Positions 46,458 to 57,755 of a stretch of DNA of 64,000 bases are shown piece by piece. Each line of letters starts with the position of its first letter. Within the stretch, counting starts at the first letter, position 1. This DNA is from Pyrinomonadaceae bacterium. GTDB lineage: Bacteria; Acidobacteriota; Blastocatellia; Pyrinomonadales; Pyrinomonadaceae. The notes under the pieces were generated by a model. That model was not told the DNA's origin, did no database searches, and was given only the letters and a program-made list of their open reading frames with translations. Location: contig JBKBYA010000005.1 of assembly GCA_046313635.1 (NCBI GenBank), positions 157,483 through 221,482 on the forward strand. Direction: 5' to 3'. The translations under genes were made by a program, and so were the position numbers.

Positions 46458-47861
46458 TTATGCGTGAGTGCTGCCGGCCGCGCGTGCCTGCAATTTTTCG
46501 AGGATCTCTTCCGAGAGACGCGTCACGCTGCCGGCACCGAGAGTGATGACAAGATCGCCCTCCTGCAGCTGCGGCACGACCGCGTCGGCCGCGGTATCGA
46601 TGTCGCCGATATAATTTGCGTTCTTGTGACCGTACTTGCGAATGTTCTCGGTCAGCACCTCGGCGTCGATCCCTTCGATCGGCTGCTCGCTCGCGGCGTA
46701 GATGTCCAGCACGTAGAGCACGTCGGCGTTGTTGAATGCAAGCGCGAACTCGTCAAACAGCTCCTGCGTCCGCGTGTAGCGATGCGGCTGGAACACGACG
46801 ACCGTCCTGCGTTCGTGAACGCTGTTCTTGGCGGCCGACAACGTCGCGAGGATCTCGGTCGGATGGTGACCGTAATCGTCGATGACGGTGATGCCGCCGA
46901 CTTCGCCTTTGAACTGGAATCTCCGGTTTGCGTTTTTGAATCCGGCAAGCGCATCAGCGATTTTATCAAACGGGATCTCAAGCTCAAGCCCGACGGCGAT
47001 CGCGGCGAGCGAATTGTAAACGTTGTGCTTGCCCGGCACCGGCAGGTCGACCTCACCGAGCACCTCCGAGCCGCGCCAGACCGTAAAGGTCGAGCCGAAA
47101 TTCTCGTTGTACCTGATGTCGTGCGCCGAGATGTCGGCCTGCGCCGTCAAGCCGTATGTGACGCGGCGGCGGCGGATCTTCGGGATGATGAGCTGCACGT
47201 TCGGGTCGTCGAGACAGATGATCGCGGCGCCGTAGAACGGCACTTTGTTCACAAAATCTGTAAAGCAGAGCACGACGTCGTCCATTCCCTTGTACGACTC
47301 CATATGCTCTTTGTCGATATTGGTGACGACGGCGATCGTCGGGTAGAGCATCAGGAACGAGCGATCGCTCTCGTCGGCTTCGGTCACGAACCACTCAGAG
47401 TCGCCCAGCCGCGCGTTTGATCCGAGCACCTCGACCACGCCGCCGACCACCGCCGTGGGGTCGATGCCCGCATGACCGAGCACGGTCGCGACCATCGAGG
47501 TCGTCGACGTCTTGCCGTGCGTGCCGGCGACGGCGACCGAGTACGGCTTGAGCGTCATCAGCTCGGCGAGCATCTCCGCCCGAGGTATGACCGGAATGCC
47601 CATCTCGCGCGCCATCTGCACCTCGGGATTGTCCTCTTTGACCGCGCTCGAGTAGACGACGACCTGCGCATCGCCGACATTCTCGGCGGCGTGCCCTTCG
47701 CATATCCTGACGCCGGCCGACTCGAGACGATCGGTGACCTTTGAACGCTTAAGGTCCGAGCCCGAGACCATGAAGCCGAGATTGACGAGCACCTCGGCGA
47801 TGCCGCTCATCCCGATGCCGCCGATGCCGATAAAGTGGATCTTCTTTACTCCTCGAAACAT
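46458..47861 (-). CDS. murC: UDP-N-acetylmuramate--L-alanine ligase
   Basis: [43 protein letters not shown]. Confidence 0.96.
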   Translation of the reverse strand: MFRGVKKIHFIGIGGIGMSGIAEVLVNLGFMVSGSDLKRSKVTDRLESAGVRICEGHAAENVGDAQVVVYSSAVKEDNPEVQMAREMGIPVIPRAEMLAELMTLKPYSVAVAGTHGKTSTTSMVATVLGHAGIDPTAVVGGVVEVLGSNARLGDSEWFVTEADESDRSFLMLYPTIAVVTNIDKEHMESYKGMDDVVLCFTDFVNKVPFYGAAIICLDDPNVQLIIPKIRRRRVTYGLTAQADISAHDIRYNENFGSTFTVWRGSEVLGEVDLPVPGKHNVYNSLAAIAVGLELEIPFDKIADALAGFKNANRRFQFKGEVGGITVIDDYGHHPTEILATLSAAKNSVHERRTVVVFQPHRYTRTQELFDEFALAFNNADVLYVLDIYAASEQPIEGIDAEVLTENIRKYGHKNANYIGDIDTAADAVVPQLQEGDLVITLGAGSVTRLSEEILEKLQARAAGSTHA

Positions 47862-47863
47862 AT

Positions 47864-48937
47864 TCAATCTCTTGCAAGCTCCTCGATAATGTCGACCGTC
47901 GCCGCCGCCGCGTCGGCGCGGGCGAGCGAGCGGGCGGCGCGTTCCATCGCGTCGATCCGCTGAGGCGAATCGGCCAGTTCCCCGATCGTGCGGGCGAGCC
48001 GCTCCGGCGAGAGTTCGGTCTGCGGGATCATCTCGGCCGCGCCGGCATGCGCGAGCGCCTCGGCGTTCTTTCGCTGGTGGTCGTCGGCGGCCGTCGGCAG
48101 AGGGATCATGATCGCGGCCTTGCCGGCGGCGGTCAGCTCGGCGCAAGTCGTCGCGCCGGCGCGGCAGATGATCAGATCGGCCTTTTCAAATTCGCGGACG
48201 ATGTCGGGAATGTACGGCCGCACATCGACGCCGTCCCAGCCGTGCGACTCGTAGGCCTGCCGCACCCTTTCAAAGTCGGCCTCGCCGGTCTGATGGACGA
48301 TCTCGAGACCGTGACGGCGCGCGTCGAGCTGATCGAGAGCCTGGATCATCGCGTCATTTATCGCACGCGCTCCCTGCGAGCCGCCAAAGATCAAGATCGA
48401 GAGCCGCGACGTGCGCTGTTTGGGTGCGACGTTAAAAAACTCTTCGCGGACGGGATTGCCCGTCACGACGCCTTTTTTGCCAAAGAACGGCAGGGCTTCT
48501 TTAAAGGTCAACGCGGCCCGATCGACAAATCGCGCAAGCTGCCGGTTTGTAAAGCCCGGCAGCGCGTTCGAGTCCATAACGAGCGTCGGTATGCCCATGA
48601 TGCAGGCCATCAGCAGCACGGGGCCCGAGACGTATCCGCCGGCGCCGACGACGACCGTCGGCCGAAATTCGCGCAGCAGACGCCGCGCTTCGACAAAGCT
48701 CTGCGGCAAAACGCTCAAGCCTTTGACCAGCCCCTTGGCGCCGACGCTCTTGAGCCCGGCGCTGTGGATCAGCGCCAATTGAAAGCCGTTCTCAGGCACG
48801 ATGCGCGTCTCGAGCCCTCGTGCGGTGCCGACAAAGAGGATCTCGGACGACGGATCGCGCCGCAAGAGTTCTTTTGCGACGGCGATGCCCGGATAAATAT
48901 GTCCGCCGGTACCGCCGGCGGCGATCATCAGTTTCAT
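47864..48937 (-). CDS. murG: Undecaprenyl-PP-MurNAc-pentapeptide GlcNAc transferase
   Basis: [39 protein letters not shown]. Confidence 0.96.
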   Translation of the reverse strand: MKLMIAAGGTGGHIYPGIAVAKELLRRDPSSEILFVGTARGLETRIVPENGFQLALIHSAGLKSVGAKGLVKGLSVLPQSFVEARRLLREFRPTVVVGAGGYVSGPVLLMACIMGIPTLVMDSNALPGFTNRQLARFVDRAALTFKEALPFFGKKGVVTGNPVREEFFNVAPKQRTSRLSILIFGGSQGARAINDAMIQALDQLDARRHGLEIVHQTGEADFERVRQAYESHGWDGVDVRPYIPDIVREFEKADLIICRAGATTCAELTAAGKAAIMIPLPTAADDHQRKNAEALAHAGAAEMIPQTELSPERLARTIGELADSPQRIDAMERAARSLARADAAAATVDIIEELARD

Positions 48938-48941
48938 CTTT

Positions 48942-50129
48942 TCAACGCGCCCCGGCGCGCGCCCTTCGGCGGTGAACGCTGCCGGCGGTCAGGATCTCGT
49001 CTGCTGCCCCCGCGTCGGAGGCGCGAGAGATGCTCAGCAGCAATCCGACCGCGAGCATCGTGATCACGACCGACGAGCCGCCGTATGAAATGAACGGCAG
49101 CGGGATGCCCTTTGCCGGCAAGATCGAGATCACGACGCTGATATTAAAAAGTGCCTGCACGATGATCCCGGTCACGAGGCCGATCCCGAGCAGGTTGCCG
49201 AAGCGGTCCGGCGCCTTCAACGCCGCACGCGCTCCGCGCCATAAAAGAACGGCAAAGGCGATCACGACGGCGAGCGTCCCTATCAGGCCGAGCTCTTCGC
49301 CGACGACGGCGAAGATAAAATCCGAATACGGGTACGGCAGGTAAAAGAGCTTTTGCTGTCCCTTGGCAAATCCCTCGCCGAGCACGCCGCCCGAGCCGAC
49401 GGCGAGCAGCGCCTGGCAGACCTGATATCCGGCGTCGGCCGCGTGCTCCTTGTCGCACGGGTCGAGAAAGGCGACGAGCCGCCGCATCCGAAACGGCGCG
49501 AAGATCAGCATTCCAGTCAGACCGACGAGTCCCGCGGCGGCGACCGGCAGCAGATGCAGTATCCGGGCCCCGGCCGTGAAATACATCACGCCGAATACCG
49601 CGCAGAGCACCAGCGTCGTCCCGAGATCGGGCCCGAAGAGTACCGGCCCGCAGATCAGCGCCGTCACACCGATGCACGGCAGCACGGTCTCTCGCAGATC
49701 GCCGATCGTCCTTTCGTTGCGTGCGAGCAGATATGCGAGATAGAGCGGCAGAGTGATCTTGGCCAGCTCGGACGGCTGAAACGAGAAGCCGCCGAGTCGT
49801 ATCCAGCGATGCGCTCCGTTGATCGCCGGAAAGAAGTAGACCGAGCAGACAAGTACAAACGTTACGGCGATGGCCGCGTACACCAGCACGCGACCTTGCA
49901 GCAGTCGATAATCGAATCGGCTCGCGACGAGCATGACGGCGAGGCCGACCACCATAAACGCGAACTGCTTGTAAAAATACGTCAGGTCCGACTGGTCGCC
50001 CGACTCTTTGAGCGCCATCATCGCCGACGCGCTGTAGACCATCACCGATCCAAACACGGCGAGGCCCGCCGCGACCGCGAAGAGCACCCAGTCCATCCTT
50101 TCCGAGTTGCCAAAAACTTTGCCGATCAC
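48942..50129 (-). CDS. ftsW: SEDS peptidoglycan glycosyltransferase FtsW
   Basis: GAHRWI, FQPSELAK, PDLGT, SDFIFAVVGEELG, LPFISYGGSS. Confidence 0.95.
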   Translation of the reverse strand: MIGKVFGNSERMDWVLFAVAAGLAVFGSVMVYSASAMMALKESGDQSDLTYFYKQFAFMVVGLAVMLVASRFDYRLLQGRVLVYAAIAVTFVLVCSVYFFPAINGAHRWIRLGGFSFQPSELAKITLPLYLAYLLARNERTIGDLRETVLPCIGVTALICGPVLFGPDLGTTLVLCAVFGVMYFTAGARILHLLPVAAAGLVGLTGMLIFAPFRMRRLVAFLDPCDKEHAADAGYQVCQALLAVGSGGVLGEGFAKGQQKLFYLPYPYSDFIFAVVGEELGLIGTLAVVIAFAVLLWRGARAALKAPDRFGNLLGIGLVTGIIVQALFNISVVISILPAKGIPLPFISYGGSSVVITMLAVGLLLSISRASDAGAADEILTAGSVHRRRARAGAR

Positions 50130-51532
50130 AACTGCTTCGCCGCCCTTTCTGCCTCGGCCGCTCTCGCCGCCAATTCCCGGACCGAATCTTTGAAGACCCG
50201 CCCCCGCTCCTCAAAACTCCTGAACATATCAAAGCTCGCGCAGGCCGGTGCGAGCAGCACCGCGTCGCCCCGCTCGGCCGCCTCGAATGCACGCTCGACC
50301 GCGTCGCTTATCGTCGACGCGCGGACGATCGGCGCACGCCCCGCGAGCTGGCCCTGAATATTGTCGGCGTCCTCGCCGATCACGATCAGAGCCCGGACCG
50401 ACGACTCGATCAGCTCGATCAGCGGCGCGTACGGCGCGTTCTTGCCCCGGCCGCCGATGATCAGGACCGTTTTTCCCGGCCCGTCCGACAATGCCTCGAG
50501 AGCCTTGGCCGCGGCATCGACGGACGTCGCCTTAGAGTCGTTATAAAAATCGACGCCGTCTATCTTCGCGACGAACTCGATCCGGTGCTCGACGCCGCCG
50601 AATGCCGCGATCGTCTCGCGCATCGACTCGGGCGACGCTCCGCACGCGAGGCCCGTCGCGATCGAGGCCAGAACGTTCTCGACGTTGTGCAGCCCGCGCA
50701 GCTTTATCTCGTCGCGTGTCGTGATGATCTCTTCGCGGCCGTTCGCCCGGCAGACGAGATCGCGGCCGCGAAGGAACAAGCCGTCGTCGAGCTCGCGGCG
50801 CACGCTGAATTTGACCACGTTCGCTCGCAGCCCGCGGCCCGCGGCCCACTCGGCCGTGACCTCGTTGTCGGCGCTGAGGATCGCGACGTCGTCGGGTGTC
50901 TGGTTCATAAAGAGCCTGTGCTTTGCCGCGGCGTAGTCGCTAAAGAGGTCGTATCGGTCCATGTGGTTGGGAGTGACGTTAAGGCAGATCGCGACGTTCG
51001 GACGCAGATCTTTGATCGTCTCAAGCTGAAAGCTCGACAGCTCGGCGACCGTCCAGCCGTCGTCGCGCGAGTCGGCGACGAGATCCAGCAGAGGCGTGCC
51101 GATATTGCCGCCGACGAGCACCGGGATCCCGGCGTTCCGCAGCAGCTCGCCGACGAGCGTGGTCGTCGTTGTCTTGCCGTTGGAGCCTGTTATGCCGACC
51201 AGGCGGCCTCGCAAAAAGCGATAAGCCAATTCGGCCTCGCCGATCACCTCGCCGTCCTTGCGGTCGACGTAGCGTGCGGGAATGGTATTTGTCGGCACGC
51301 CCGGCGAGATCACGACGAGGTCGATCTGATCGAGCAGCCATGACGGGAGCTGTCCCGAGACGAGGCCGACGCGGTGAGTGTCTTTAAGTGCTCGTGCCGC
51401 CTCGCTCCATTCCTCGACCGGGCGCTTGTCGTGCAGCGCGACCGCGGCACCGCGCTCGGCCAAAAATCTTGCCGAGGCAGTTCCTGATTTCCCCGCACCG
51501 AGGACGAGAGCTTTCCTGCCTTCGATCTGCAT
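50126..51532 (-). CDS. murD: UDP-MurNAc-L-Ala--D-glutamate ligase
   Basis: SPGVP, GSNGKTTT, ELSSFQL, YNDSKAT, LAPACASFD. Confidence 0.96.
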   Translation of the reverse strand: MQIEGRKALVLGAGKSGTASARFLAERGAAVALHDKRPVEEWSEAARALKDTHRVGLVSGQLPSWLLDQIDLVVISPGVPTNTIPARYVDRKDGEVIGEAELAYRFLRGRLVGITGSNGKTTTTTLVGELLRNAGIPVLVGGNIGTPLLDLVADSRDDGWTVAELSSFQLETIKDLRPNVAICLNVTPNHMDRYDLFSDYAAAKHRLFMNQTPDDVAILSADNEVTAEWAAGRGLRANVVKFSVRRELDDGLFLRGRDLVCRANGREEIITTRDEIKLRGLHNVENVLASIATGLACGASPESMRETIAAFGGVEHRIEFVAKIDGVDFYNDSKATSVDAAAKALEALSDGPGKTVLIIGGRGKNAPYAPLIELIESSVRALIVIGEDADNIQGQLAGRAPIVRASTISDAVERAFEAAERGDAVLLAPACASFDMFRSFEERGRVFKDSVRELAARAAEAERAAKQL

Positions 51533-52674
51533 TAACGCAACTTGAGGGTCGAGAGACTTAACAGCGCGAAGAGTATCGCGACGATGACAAACCTAAAGAC
51601 TATCTTCGGCTCCTTCCAGCCCGAGAGTTGGAAGTGATGATGCAAAGGGGCCTGCCTGAAGATACGCTTGCCGGCACCGGTGCTCCGCTTTGTGAATTTG
51701 AAGTACGAGACCTGCATCATCACCGAGAGAGCCTCGAGGATAAATACGCCTCCGATGAACGGCAGCAAAAATTCCTGCTTCGTGAGTATCGCGACCGTGC
51801 CCAGCGCACCGCCGATCGCGAGCGAGCCGACGTCGCCCATAAAGACCTCGGCCGGCGGCGCGTTGTACCACAGAAAGCCAAGGCTCGCGCCGACCATCGC
51901 CCCGCAAAATACCGTCAGCTCCGACGCCGCCGGATTATGCGTGATGTCGAGCCGCTCCGACCATCGGGCGTCGCTCGCGACGTAGCAAAGTCCGGTCAGC
52001 GCGGCCATCGCGATAAACGTCACGCTCGACGCGAGACCGTCGAGACCGTCTGTAAGATTTACGGCGTTTGTCGAGCCGAGCAGGACAAAGACGATGAAGA
52101 TCAGGTACATCCAGGGGAAGATGTACGTCGGCCCGAACGGGTCGGCCGTCGATTTAAAGAAAGGAATGCTCAGATTCCACGGGTAGTTTCCCCACTGCCA
52201 CAGCACAAACCAGACGCCGACGGCCGTGACGAGCTGAAAGATGAGCTTTTGCCGGCCCGTAAGCCCGAGGCTGCGTTTCTTTACGATCTTGATGTAATCG
52301 TCGGCAAACCCGACCGCCGCGAATGCGGTCGTCGCGACCAGCGCGATCCAGAGATAGAGATTGTCGAGACGCGCCCAGAGGAGCGTCGAGAGGATGACGG
52401 CGCCGATGATGAGCACGCCGCCCATCGTCGGCGTTCCCTTCTTTGCCTGGTGATCGGCAGAGAGCTCCTCGCGTATCTCCTGCCCGACCTTGAGGTCGCG
52501 CAGCTTGCGGATCACCTTGCCGCCGAGGAGCAGCGAGATCAGCAGCGCGGTGATCGCCGACATCGCCGTGCGAAAGGTCACGTACTGTATGACGTTCAGG
52601 CCGCGGACGAATACCGACTCGGTGACGCGAGCGTACTCCTGAAAGATGATCTGATAGAGAAGGTAATAAAGCAT
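51532..52674 (-). CDS. mraY: Phospho-MurNAc-pentapeptide transferase
   Basis: [41 protein letters not shown]. Confidence 0.97.
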   Translation of the reverse strand: MLYYLLYQIIFQEYARVTESVFVRGLNVIQYVTFRTAMSAITALLISLLLGGKVIRKLRDLKVGQEIREELSADHQAKKGTPTMGGVLIIGAVILSTLLWARLDNLYLWIALVATTAFAAVGFADDYIKIVKKRSLGLTGRQKLIFQLVTAVGVWFVLWQWGNYPWNLSIPFFKSTADPFGPTYIFPWMYLIFIVFVLLGSTNAVNLTDGLDGLASSVTFIAMAALTGLCYVASDARWSERLDITHNPAASELTVFCGAMVGASLGFLWYNAPPAEVFMGDVGSLAIGGALGTVAILTKQEFLLPFIGGVFILEALSVMMQVSYFKFTKRSTGAGKRIFRQAPLHHHFQLSGWKEPKIVFRFVIVAILFALLSLSTLKLR

Positions 52675-52685
52675 CGGCCGAAATT

Positions 52686-52713
52686 ATTGTAGGTCTCGCG
52701 GGTCGCACGTCAA
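52686..52713 (-). promoter_or_regulatory. Internal sigma70 promoter before mraY
   Basis: TTGACG-N16-TACAAT, 11 nt before the ATG. Confidence 0.55.
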
Positions 52714-52733
52714 CACGTCGAGTCGAGATCGGA

Positions 52734-54206
52734 TCAGGCCGCGGCGTGATGCGGGCCCTCGAGTTCGAAATCGGCAAGGAGCCGCTCGATCACCCTCTCG
52801 GTCCGCACGCCGCGCGATCCCTTTACGAGTACGACGTCGCCCGGCCGGACCAGCTCTGCGGCACGGATCGCGGCCGCGTCAGAGTCCTCCGCAAACTCGG
52901 CCGCAGCGAGCCCGGCCTCTCGAGCTCCCTCGACAAGCTCGCTGGCAAAGCCCCGCACGCCGATCAGTATGTCGATACCTCTCGCCGCGGCCTCGCGCCC
53001 CGTCGCACGATGCACGCCGGCGGCCTCTGGCCCGAGTTCGAGCATCTCGCCCGCGATGACGATGCGCCGCGACGCATTTGCCGAACCCTCGACAAGCGTG
53101 TCGACCATCGACAGGAGCGCGTCCGGATTGGAGTTGTACGAGTCGTTGATCACCGTAAAGCCCGCTGCGAATCGCAGCACCTCGCCGCGCTGCGGCGGCG
53201 GCTCGACCGCCGACAGCGACGCCGCGATCTCACCGACCGACATCCCAAAGACCGAAGCCGCCGCACCGGCCGCGAGAGCGTTCATAATGTTGTGCCGCCC
53301 GTTGAGCGGAAAGACCACGCTTGCCGTCTCGCCAAACATCGACAGCTCAAAACGCGTCTCGCCAAACCGTTCAAAGCTGATCTCACGCGCCGTCACGTCC
53401 GCCTCGCGGCCGAGGCCGTACGTGATCACCGGGCCAACCGTAAGCTCGGCCATCGCCATCACGCGATCGTCGTCGGCGTTGAGGACGGCCGTGCCGCCCG
53501 GCTTCAGCCCCTCGACGAGCTCGGCCTTGGCCTTTTGAATATTCTCGATCGTGCCGAGATGTTCGAGATGCACGGGCAGAACGTTAAGCTCGACCGCGAC
53601 GTCCGGCGGCGTGATGCTCGTGAGCTTTCGGATCTCGTTCATCGGCGTCGACATTCCCATCTCGAGAACGGCGGCGTCGTACGACGCGTCCTTCAAGAGC
53701 TTGAGCACCGTCAGAGGCAGGCCGAGACCGTTGTTGAAATTCTTGACGTTCTTTAAGACCTTGAGGCCGTGCGAAGCGATAAGATGCGCCGTCAGCTCTT
53801 TGGCAGAGGTCTTGCCGGCACTGCCGGTGATGCCGACAACCGGCTTGTTCCACGAGCGGTAGACGGCGGCGGCCAGACGCTGAAAGGCCGCGATGCAGTC
53901 GTCGACCAAGATCAGTCTCGACCGATGATCTCTCAGCCCGGCTTCGTGCTCGGCGTAGCGGTCGCGTCGGACGACCGCCGCCGCGGCGCCATTCTCCAGC
54001 GCCGCGACGACATATTTCGTCGCGTCCTCAAACTCGCCGTTAAATCCATTGTTGCGATAGTCCGGCTGAGACAACGCAAAAAAGACATCGCCCGCCTGCA
54101 CGTCGCGGGAGTCGATCACAAAATCGGAAACCTCCGTTGCGTGCAGAGCGGGATCGAGGTCGGGCGCCTCGGCGCCCATCGAATTGATTGCTGTCTCTAG
54201 TTTCAC
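52734..54206 (-). CDS. murF: UDP-MurNAc-tripeptide--D-Ala-D-Ala ligase
   Basis: IDSR, GITGSAGKT, NFNNGLGLP, EMGM, INDSYNSNP, GEMLELG, VKGSRG; GTG start overlapping the ftsI stop. Confidence 0.93.
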   Translation of the reverse strand: MKLETAINSMGAEAPDLDPALHATEVSDFVIDSRDVQAGDVFFALSQPDYRNNGFNGEFEDATKYVVAALENGAAAAVVRRDRYAEHEAGLRDHRSRLILVDDCIAAFQRLAAAVYRSWNKPVVGITGSAGKTSAKELTAHLIASHGLKVLKNVKNFNNGLGLPLTVLKLLKDASYDAAVLEMGMSTPMNEIRKLTSITPPDVAVELNVLPVHLEHLGTIENIQKAKAELVEGLKPGGTAVLNADDDRVMAMAELTVGPVITYGLGREADVTAREISFERFGETRFELSMFGETASVVFPLNGRHNIMNALAAGAAASVFGMSVGEIAASLSAVEPPPQRGEVLRFAAGFTVINDSYNSNPDALLSMVDTLVEGSANASRRIVIAGEMLELGPEAAGVHRATGREAAARGIDILIGVRGFASELVEGAREAGLAAAEFAEDSDAAAIRAAELVRPGDVVLVKGSRGVRTERVIERLLADFELEGPHHAAA

Positions 54207-56212
54207 GTTCTGAGTCGGGTCACCCAAATCTCCCGCTGTCCGAACTTGCCGACGCGCGCCCGTCCGGCCCGCAACGGCACTTTGAATGCGGCCCCGGCCG
54301 CCCTTAGCTTTTCAACGCTGCGCGAAGGCTTTTGCTTCGGCCCAACCCTGCGTGTCGGCGGGACCTCGGCGTCCGGAGCCGGCGCCGCGTCGCTGTCCGG
54401 CACATCCGGCATTTCAGGCAGCGGCTCCTGCGCGGTCATCGAGTCGCCTTTCGGCGCCATATCGGGAGCGACGCCCATTTCGCGAAGGATATTCTGCGCG
54501 GCCTGGTTAAAGATCGGAGCGGCTACACCGCCGCCGTCTCGTGCTCCGGTCTTCGGCTCGTCGACGACCACCGCGATGACGATCCTTGGGTCGTCGTATG
54601 GCGCAAAACCGACGAACGACGAGGTGTACTTGCCGGGATCGACACGCTTGGTCACCGAGTTGAACTTCCACGCCGTGCCGGTCTTGCCGGCCGACGAGTA
54701 GCCGTCGAGCTGCGCCCGCTTTCCGGTGCCGGAGAGCACGACCTCGCGCAGCATTACCTTTAAGGAGGCAGCCGCCTCGGGCGACAAGATCTGCTCCTGC
54801 TGCGGCTCGGTCGCCGAGACGACACTGCCGTCCGCGTCCCTGATTTCCTTGATTATATGCGGCTTGGTACGGACACCGTCATTGGCTATCGTCGCAAAAG
54901 CATTTGCCATTTGCAACGCGGTCACGCCTATTTCATAACCGATGGACATCGACGCCTGGGAGTCGCCGTTCCAACGCTCTGGCGATCGTACGAGACCGCG
55001 GGTTTCGGCCGGCAATTCGATGCCGGTGCGCTCGCCGAAGCCCATCTTTTTGAGCATCGCAAAGAAGTCCGTTCGCCCGACCCGAAGGCTGGTCTTGATG
55101 GCGCACACGTTGCTCGAGTGCGCCATCGCTTCGGCATAGGTCACGCGCCCGACGTGATGCGAATCGCGAAAGACATGCCCGGCGACGTCGATCGAGCCGC
55201 CGCCCGCGTCGATCATGTCCTCGGGACGAAATAGCTTTTTCTCGAGCGCCGCCGCGTAGGTTATCGCCTTGAATACAGATCCCGGGGTGTAGACGCTCTG
55301 CACCGCGTGATTAGACAGGTCTGCCCCGTCCGCCGGCGTTTCATTCGGGTCGTAGGTCGGGTAGTTAGACATTGCGAGGATCGCGCCCGTACGCGGATCG
55401 ATCGCGATCGCCATTCCGGAATGTGCGTTGGCGGCCTTGACGCCGTTTGCAAGGGCCTCGTCGACGAAATACTGGATCGTTGAGTCGATCGTCAGGACGA
55501 CGTCCTTTGGCTCCTCGGGCATAACGATGGTCTCTTCAAAGACCCGGCCCGTCCGATCGCGATTGAGGAACTGCTTCATCGTCGCGCCGCGAAGAATGGC
55601 GTCCTGCGACCGCTCGACGCCGGCGACGCCCTGGTCCTCATTGTTCGCGGTGCCGATCACAGCGGCGGCGAGACGCCCTTTTGGGTAGCTGCGCTTTTGC
55701 TCGTCGGCCCAGTGCAGGCCTGCGAAGCGCGGCTCGTCGGCCTTTTTCGCCTGCGGATCGTAGAGTGCCTTGTTGAGCTTGTCGACGAGTTCCTTTTCGG
55801 CCTTTTTGACAAGCGGAAGGTATCGCTTGCCCGACTCTCGGGCCTCGGCGATCTGCCGGGCGAGAGACTTTTCATTGTGTCCGACGGCCTTTGCGATAAG
55901 CTTCGCCGCCTGTGGAATGTCCTCGATCTCGGCCGGATCGACGTAGAGCGTCCTGACGGGGACGCTCATCGCAAGAATGTTGCCGTTCCGATCAAAGATC
56001 GATCCGCGCGGGAGCTTTGACTTTTTTACGTCGACACGCTGGTCGATCGCCCGGGCAAGATAGTACTCATGCTCGTTGACCTGCAGATGCACGAGCCGCA
56101 CGCCGATGCAGCCCATCCAAATGACCAACAGGGCGATGACAAACGTGAACCTTGTGAATAGAACCCTTCGATGATCGGCGACCTTACGAACCTTCTTTCT
56201 TGTCCTGGCCAT
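54203..56212 (-). CDS. ftsI: Class B penicillin-binding protein FtsI/PBP3
   Basis: RGSIFDRNG, RSYP, SVFK (SxxK), SSN, KTGT; no PASTA domain seen. Confidence 0.93.
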   Translation of the reverse strand: MARTRKKVRKVADHRRVLFTRFTFVIALLVIWMGCIGVRLVHLQVNEHEYYLARAIDQRVDVKKSKLPRGSIFDRNGNILAMSVPVRTLYVDPAEIEDIPQAAKLIAKAVGHNEKSLARQIAEARESGKRYLPLVKKAEKELVDKLNKALYDPQAKKADEPRFAGLHWADEQKRSYPKGRLAAAVIGTANNEDQGVAGVERSQDAILRGATMKQFLNRDRTGRVFEETIVMPEEPKDVVLTIDSTIQYFVDEALANGVKAANAHSGMAIAIDPRTGAILAMSNYPTYDPNETPADGADLSNHAVQSVYTPGSVFKAITYAAALEKKLFRPEDMIDAGGGSIDVAGHVFRDSHHVGRVTYAEAMAHSSNVCAIKTSLRVGRTDFFAMLKKMGFGERTGIELPAETRGLVRSPERWNGDSQASMSIGYEIGVTALQMANAFATIANDGVRTKPHIIKEIRDADGSVVSATEPQQEQILSPEAAASLKVMLREVVLSGTGKRAQLDGYSSAGKTGTAWKFNSVTKRVDPGKYTSSFVGFAPYDDPRIVIAVVVDEPKTGARDGGGVAAPIFNQAAQNILREMGVAPDMAPKGDSMTAQEPLPEMPDVPDSDAAPAPDAEVPPTRRVGPKQKPSRSVEKLRAAGAAFKVPLRAGRARVGKFGQREIWVTRLRT

Positions 56213-56249
56213 TTCGCTTGGTTCCTCGATGAGCTGAGATGCTGTCGAT

Positions 56250-56768
56250 CTACGTACGGTCGCGGCGCGGTCTTGCAGCCGGAAGAGATGCCTGGCGGTC
56301 GGGCCGCGCACCGCGAACGACAGGCTGCACGAGGGCGGTCGGCACGACCTTGCGCGACGGCTCGGCCGCGCCCGAACGCACCGTCTCTGCAGCTCGGACC
56401 GCGATCCGCTGGACAGCCGGACCGGCACCGCTCGACGAGGCGACGGCGCGATCTGCGGCCGCGGGCGGCGTATCGACAAACTTGATCTTGAGCGCGGCCT
56501 TGCGTATCTCGGCCGGCGAAGACGCCGTCTCGCGGCTCAGGAGCAGGCGGCGCTTCTCTGCCTGCAGCTCGTCAAGCTGGCGGCGAAGCCTTGAATTCTT
56601 GTGCGCGAATTCCATCGAGTTGAAATGCTGCCGGGCGGCCAGGAAGAATCCTGCAACAAGGACGCAGCATGCGAGTGCCGCGACGGCGTAGTATGTGAGA
56701 TCGGGTGACGGGTTGGGAGAGGTTCGGGCGATAGCGCCCTGCCGGCGCTCACCACGCGTTCTATTCAT
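56250..56768 (-). CDS. ftsL: FtsL-like cell division protein with an extended low-complexity tail
   Basis: One TM helix followed by a leucine-zipper-like coil and SPAEIRKAA; lies between rsmH and ftsI. Confidence 0.72.
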   Translation of the reverse strand: MNRTRGERRQGAIARTSPNPSPDLTYYAVAALACCVLVAGFFLAARQHFNSMEFAHKNSRLRRQLDELQAEKRRLLLSRETASSPAEIRKAALKIKFVDTPPAAADRAVASSSGAGPAVQRIAVRAAETVRSGAAEPSRKVVPTALVQPVVRGARPDRQASLPAARPRRDRT

Positions 56769-56798
56769 TGCTTGTATCCTCCGGGAATCGTGTCAGTG

Positions 56799-57755
56799 CT
56801 ATTCAGCCAGTTTCCTGCAGGCCCGCAGCTTGGCGCTCCGTGACCGAGGGTTCTCTTCAATCTCTTTTTCGGACGGAAGGATGGGCTTCCGGGTCAGTAC
56901 TTCAACTTTTTTCGCGGCTCCGCACGTGCAGACCGGCTGACGCGGAGGGCAGATGCATTTGCCTGCAAGACGCTGCATCGTGTGCTTGACTATACGGTCC
57001 TCGAGCGAGTGAAACGTTATCACCGCGAGGCGTCCGCCGGGCCTTAAGCTTTCGACTGCGTCGACGATAAAAGGCCCGAGAATGTCGAGCTCTCGATTGA
57101 CCGCGATCCGCAGCGCCTGAAAGGTCCTCGTCGCGGGATGTATGCGGTCTCGCGTGTCGCGTCCGATCGCCCGTTCGACGAGGTTTGCGAGGTCCATCGT
57201 CGTCGTGACCGGCCGCCCTTCGTCGCGGCGCTGGACGATCCAGCGGGCGATCTTGCGCGACCTTCGCTCTTCGCCGTAGCGATAGATGATATCGGCGATC
57301 TGCTCCTCGGAGAGCTCGGCAAGCAGGTCGGCGGCGGTCGGCAGATCGGAGTCGCGGTCCATACGCATATCGAGCGGAGCGTCCGTGCGAAAGCTGAAGC
57401 CGCGTTCGCCCTCGTCAAACTGCATCGACGAAACCCCGAGGTCGGCGACGACGGCGTCGACGCGTTCATGACCGAGATCGCGGATGACGCTCTTCAGTTC
57501 GGAAAAGTTCGTCCGGACGGCGACGAACCGACTGCCGAATCTCTCGAGCCTTTGGCCCGCGAGACCGATCGCGACCTCGTCCTGGTCGAGGCCGATCACG
57601 CTCGCGGCCGGCTGGCTCTCGAGCACGGCTTCGGCGTGGCCGCCAAGACCGAGCGTCGCGTCAACGATCACCTCGTCCGGCCGCGGGGCGACGATCGCGA
57701 CGACCTCGTCAAGGAGGACCGACCGGTGGAGGCCGCTTTTCTCAAATCCCGACAT
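56799..57755 (-). CDS. rsmH: 16S rRNA m4C1402 methyltransferase RsmH (MraW)
   Basis: HRSVLL, DATLGLGGH, DLGVSSMQ, PLDMRM, HPATRTFQALRI, FHSLED, NPRSRSAKLR. Confidence 0.97.
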   Translation of the reverse strand: MSGFEKSGLHRSVLLDEVVAIVAPRPDEVIVDATLGLGGHAEAVLESQPAASVIGLDQDEVAIGLAGQRLERFGSRFVAVRTNFSELKSVIRDLGHERVDAVVADLGVSSMQFDEGERGFSFRTDAPLDMRMDRDSDLPTAADLLAELSEEQIADIIYRYGEERRSRKIARWIVQRRDEGRPVTTTMDLANLVERAIGRDTRDRIHPATRTFQALRIAVNRELDILGPFIVDAVESLRPGGRLAVITFHSLEDRIVKHTMQRLAGKCICPPRQPVCTCGAAKKVEVLTRKPILPSEKEIEENPRSRSAKLRACRKLAE

